From Escherichia coli (lineage in GTDB: Bacteria > Pseudomonadota > Gammaproteobacteria > Enterobacterales > Enterobacteriaceae): a stretch of DNA of 1,930 nucleotides. The first letter of the stretch is position 1; each line of letters opens with the position of its first letter. A program made the translations under genes and the position numbers. Where the stretch lies: the NCBI RefSeq assembly GCF_003334785.1, contig NZ_QOWV01000058.1, one strand, 5' to 3'. The notes beneath the pieces are model-generated. The model saw only the letters and a list, made by a program, of their open reading frames with translations. It searched no databases and was not told where the DNA came from. Positions 1 to 1,930 of this stretch are shown here, one piece after another.

Positions 1-123
1 AACCCCCCGTTCAGCCCGACCGCTGCGCCTTATCCGGTAACTATCGTCTTGAGTCCAACCCGGTAAGACACGACTTATCGCCACTGGCAGCAGCCATTGG
101 TAACTGATTTAGAGGAGTTTGTC

Positions 124-153
124 TTGAAGTTATGCACCTGTTAAGGCTAAACT
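124..153 (+). promoter_or_regulatory. RNA I promoter
   Basis: -35 TTGAAG at 124-129, 18-nt spacer, -10 TAAACT at 148-153, start near 160. Same arrangement as the remembered pMB1/p15A RNA I promoter. Confidence 0.7.
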
Positions 154-159
154 GAAAGA

Positions 160-267
160 ACAGATTTTGGTGACTGCGCTCCTCCAAGCCAGTTACCTTG
201 GTTCAAAGAGTTGGTAGCTCAGCGAACCTTGAGAAAACCACCGTTGGTAGCGGTGGTTTTTCTTTAT
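160..267 (+). ncRNA. RNAI: Antisense copy-number control RNA I (about 108 nt) of a ColE1-family replicon
   Basis: Starts ACAGATTTTGGTGACTGCGCT as in ColE1-family RNA I. It ends in a stem-loop ACCACCG-ttggtag-CGGTGGT followed by a T-run, and the length matches the canonical 108 nt. Confidence 0.85.
237..266 (+). terminator. RNA I intrinsic terminator (third stem-loop plus U-tract)
   Basis: Perfect 7-bp stem ACCACCG (237-243) / CGGTGGT (251-257) with a 7-nt loop, immediately followed by TTTTTCTTT. Confidence 0.75.
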
Positions 268-274
268 TTATGAG

Positions 275-303
275 ATGATGAATCAATCGGTCTATCAAGT
301 CAA
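275..303 (-). promoter_or_regulatory. RNA II (replication primer) promoter
   Basis: On the - strand: -35 TTGACT (+ coords 298-303), 17-nt spacer, -10 CATCAT (+ coords 275-280), predicted start near 268. It sits where the RNA II promoter lies in ColE1-type replicons. Confidence 0.6.
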
Positions 304-323
304 CGAACAGCTATTCCGTTGAC
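299..323. repeat. 7-bp perfect inverted repeat GTCAACG-(11 nt)-CGTTGAC spanning the -35 elements of two divergent promoters
   Basis: GTCAACG at 299-305 and its reverse complement CGTTGAC at 317-323, read directly from the sequence. Confidence 0.8.
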
Positions 324-347
324 AAAAAAACAAGATCTGTACATATT
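319..347 (+). promoter_or_regulatory. Candidate sigma70 promoter for the toxin-antitoxin operon
   Basis: -35 TTGACA at 319-324, 17-nt spacer, -10 CATATT at 342-347, flanked by A7/A6 tracts. A weak SD-like ACGGA lies at 359-363, 8 nt before the ATG at 372. An in-frame stop at 279-281 with no intervening start codon fixes 372 as the start. Confidence 0.5.
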
Positions 348-371
348 CAAAAAAAACAACGGATTGACCCA

Positions 372-1412
372 ATGGCACAGAACCCGTTTAAAGCACTAAA
401 TATCAATATTGACAAGATTGAGTCTGCTCTGACGCAGAATGGCGTCACAAACTATTCCTCTAATGTAAAAAACGAAAGAGAAACTCACATATCTGGCACA
501 TATAAAGGAATAGACTTCTTAATAAAACTAATGCCATCAGGCGGAAATACCACTATCGGAAGAGCGTCTGGGCAAAATAACACTTACTTTGATGAAATCG
601 CCTTGATTATAAAAGAAAACTGTTTGTATTCAGACACAAAGAACTTTGAATACACCATTCCAAAATTCAGTGATGATGACAGGGCAAATCTATTTGAATT
701 TCTTTCTGAAGAGGGGATAACAATAACAGAAGATAATAATAACGATCCTAATTGTAAACACCAATATATTATGACCACCAGCAATGGTGACAGGGTCAGG
801 GCAAAAATTTACAAGCGCGGCTCTATTCAATTCCAAGGAAAATACCTTCAAATCGCGAGTTTGATTAACGATTTCATGTGCTCAATACTAAACATGAAAG
901 AGATTGTCGAACAAAAAAATAAAGAATTTAATGTTGACATAAAAAAAGAAACTATTGAGTCCGAGTTGCATAGCAAACTACCAAAAAGCATCGATAAAAT
1001 CCATGAAGATATCAAAAAACAGCTATCATGCTCGCTAATAATGAAAAAAATAGATGTCGAAATGGAAGATTACTCAACATACTGCTTCTCTGCATTAAGA
1101 GCCATAGAAGGCTTTATATATCAAATACTTAATGATGTTTGCAATCCATCATCATCAAAGAACCTTGGCGAATACTTCACTGAAAACAAACCCAAATATA
1201 TAATCAGAGAAATACACCAAGAAACTATAAATGGTGAAATAGCGGAAGTTTTGTGTGAATGCTACACTTACTGGCATGAGAACAGGCATGGTTTGTTTCA
1301 TATGAAACCAGGAATAGCTGACACGAAGACAATTAACAAATTAGAATCAATCGCAATCATCGATACCGTTTGCCAATTAATAGATGGTGGCGTAGCTAGG
1401 TTGAAATTATGA
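372..1412 (+). CDS. rnlA: RnlA/LsoA-family endoribonuclease toxin (RNase LS-like, HEPN-type), 346 aa
   Basis: Long ORF starting at the first ATG after an in-frame stop. C-terminal motif ENRHGLFHM (R305-x4-H310) fits the HEPN R-[NHD]-x3-H signature. LRAIEG (aa 242-247), GEYF (aa 266-269) and the R-H-x-LFHM block match my recollection of RnlA/LsoA. A downstream 126-aa partner overlaps by ATGA, as in rnlAB/lsoAB. Family call is from memory, not a database search. Confidence 0.7.
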   Translation: MAQNPFKALNINIDKIESALTQNGVTNYSSNVKNERETHISGTYKGIDFLIKLMPSGGNTTIGRASGQNNTYFDEIALIIKENCLYSDTKNFEYTIPKFSDDDRANLFEFLSEEGITITEDNNNDPNCKHQYIMTTSNGDRVRAKIYKRGSIQFQGKYLQIASLINDFMCSILNMKEIVEQKNKEFNVDIKKETIESELHSKLPKSIDKIHEDIKKQLSCSLIMKKIDVEMEDYSTYCFSALRAIEGFIYQILNDVCNPSSSKNLGEYFTENKPKYIIREIHQETINGEIAEVLCECYTYWHENRHGLFHMKPGIADTKTINKLESIAIIDTVCQLIDGGVARLKL

Positions 1413-1789
1413 AAAAAGATAAAAAATATCAAATAGAAGCAATAAAAAATAAAGATAAAACTTTATTTATTGTCTATGCTACTGATATTTATAGCCCGAG
1501 CGAATTTTTCTCAAAAATCGAATCCGACTTGAAGAAAAAGAAAAGCAAGGGTGATGTTTTTTTTGATTTAATAATTCCTAACGGTGGAAAAAAAGATCGT
1601 TACGTCTATACGTCATTTAATGGCGAGAAGTTTTCAAGTTACACATTAAACAAAGTTACGAAAACTGATGAATATAATGATTTATCTGAGCTCTCGGCTT
1701 CGTTCTTTAAAAAAAACTTTGATAAGATCAACGTAAACCTTCTATCCAAAGCCACATCATTTGCTTTGAAAAAAGGCATTCCAATATAA
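1409..1789 (+). CDS. rnlB: RnlB/LsoB-family antitoxin, 126 aa, lysine-rich
   Basis: ATG at 1409 overlaps the upstream TGA (ATGA), with an AGG SD-like element at 1398-1400. Size and position match the RnlB/LsoB antitoxin encoded downstream of its toxin. The segment GDVFFDLIIPNGG resembles a remembered RnlB segment. No MNT (GSxxxG/DxD) or HTH motif is evident. Confidence 0.6.
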   Translation: MKKDKKYQIEAIKNKDKTLFIVYATDIYSPSEFFSKIESDLKKKKSKGDVFFDLIIPNGGKKDRYVYTSFNGEKFSSYTLNKVTKTDEYNDLSELSASFFKKNFDKINVNLLSKATSFALKKGIPI

Positions 1790-1805
1790 TATCAAGCCAG
1801 AAGAC

Positions 1806-1834
1806 ATTTACCATAACGTCTCATTACGCGCACC
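1806..1834 (-). other. cer-like XerC/XerD site-specific recombination core (plasmid multimer resolution site)
   Basis: The - strand reads GGTGCGCGTAA-TGAGACG-TTATGGTAAAT. The right arm is identical to the ColE1 cer XerD arm TTATGGTAAAT, and the left arm differs from the dif XerC arm GGTGCGCATAA at one position. The central region is 7 bp. Accessory (ArgR/PepA) sequences would lie at higher coordinates and run off the window. Confidence 0.6.
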
Positions 1835-1930
1835 GCCAAAACGCGCTGAACGCGATTCTGACGCAGACACCGCAAAAAGAGATGTTTTCCCCGGGGTAAA
1901 CCGGAAAAATGCGTCAGGATCGCTTTCAGC

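Larger units (their letters stand above)
1..269 (-). ncRNA. RNAII: ColE1/p15A-type replication primer RNA II, 5' portion only; its 3' end and the origin lie beyond the left window edge
   Basis: The + strand of 1-270 is near-identical in register to the remembered ColE1/pMB1/p15A ori segment (ccccccgttcagcccgaccgctgcgccttatccggtaactatcgtcttgagtccaacccgg...ccactggcagcagcca...). RNA II is the complement of RNA I and starts just beyond the RNA I 3' end. Confidence 0.85.

Noticed and set aside
584-784. 66-aa ORF on the - strand
   Set aside because: It lies entirely inside the ORF1 coding region on the opposite strand, has a hydrophobic low-complexity translation typical of antisense reading of AT-rich DNA, and has no recognisable promoter or SD.
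1369-1397. Possible internal promoter for the antitoxin (TTGCCA at 1369-1374)
   Set aside because: No acceptable -10 hexamer at 16-18 bp spacing (GTAGCT at 1392-1397), so it is noted only as something to test, not annotated.
1409-1789. ORF2 as an MNT-type nucleotidyltransferase antitoxin (HEPN-MNT pairing) or an HTH/RHH DNA-binding antitoxin
   Set aside because: No GSxxxG...DxD nucleotidyltransferase motif and no obvious helix-turn-helix or ribbon-helix-helix signature; the toxin-first arrangement fits the RnlB/LsoB type better.
1790-1805. Intrinsic terminator after ORF2
   Set aside because: No GC-rich hairpin followed by a T-run is visible between the ORF2 stop and the cer-like core.
1808-1930. 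Open reading frame on the - strand running in from the right edge and ending at TAA 1808-1810 (translation ...FGGARNETLW*); a second - strand frame is also open (1792-1929)
   Set aside because: No start codon in the window. The stop codon falls inside the XerD arm of the cer-like core, and the region matches where cer accessory sequences are expected, so open frames here are most likely fortuitous. A truncated backbone gene (for example a mob remnant) cannot be fully excluded without the flanking sequence.
1909-1930. ATG at 1909 opening a + strand frame that runs off the window (MRQDRFQ...)
   Set aside because: No credible SD, only 7 codons visible, and it sits within the putative cer accessory region.

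Overview
The window reads as a segment of a small ColE1/p15A-type plasmid. Bases 1-310 (about 50-60% GC) carry the copy-control region of the replicon: antisense RNA I on the + strand, the 5' part of primer RNA II on the - strand, and both promoters; the origin itself lies left of the window. Bases 372-1789 are a very AT-rich two-gene cassette (about 22% GC on a sampled line). It encodes a 346-aa protein with a C-terminal HEPN-like R-x4-H motif and a 126-aa lysine-rich protein, overlapping by ATGA. From memory, both resemble the RnlA/LsoA RNase toxin and RnlB/LsoB antitoxin pair (RNase LS family, anti-T4 function), so I read this as a known system in a plasmid context rather than an undescribed one; this is not search-verified. 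Bases 1806-1834 hold a cer-like XerCD multimer-resolution core on the - strand. The layout is reminiscent of the small E. coli plasmid pOSAK1, which carries lsoAB. No tRNA, rRNA, CRISPR or IS element is evident.
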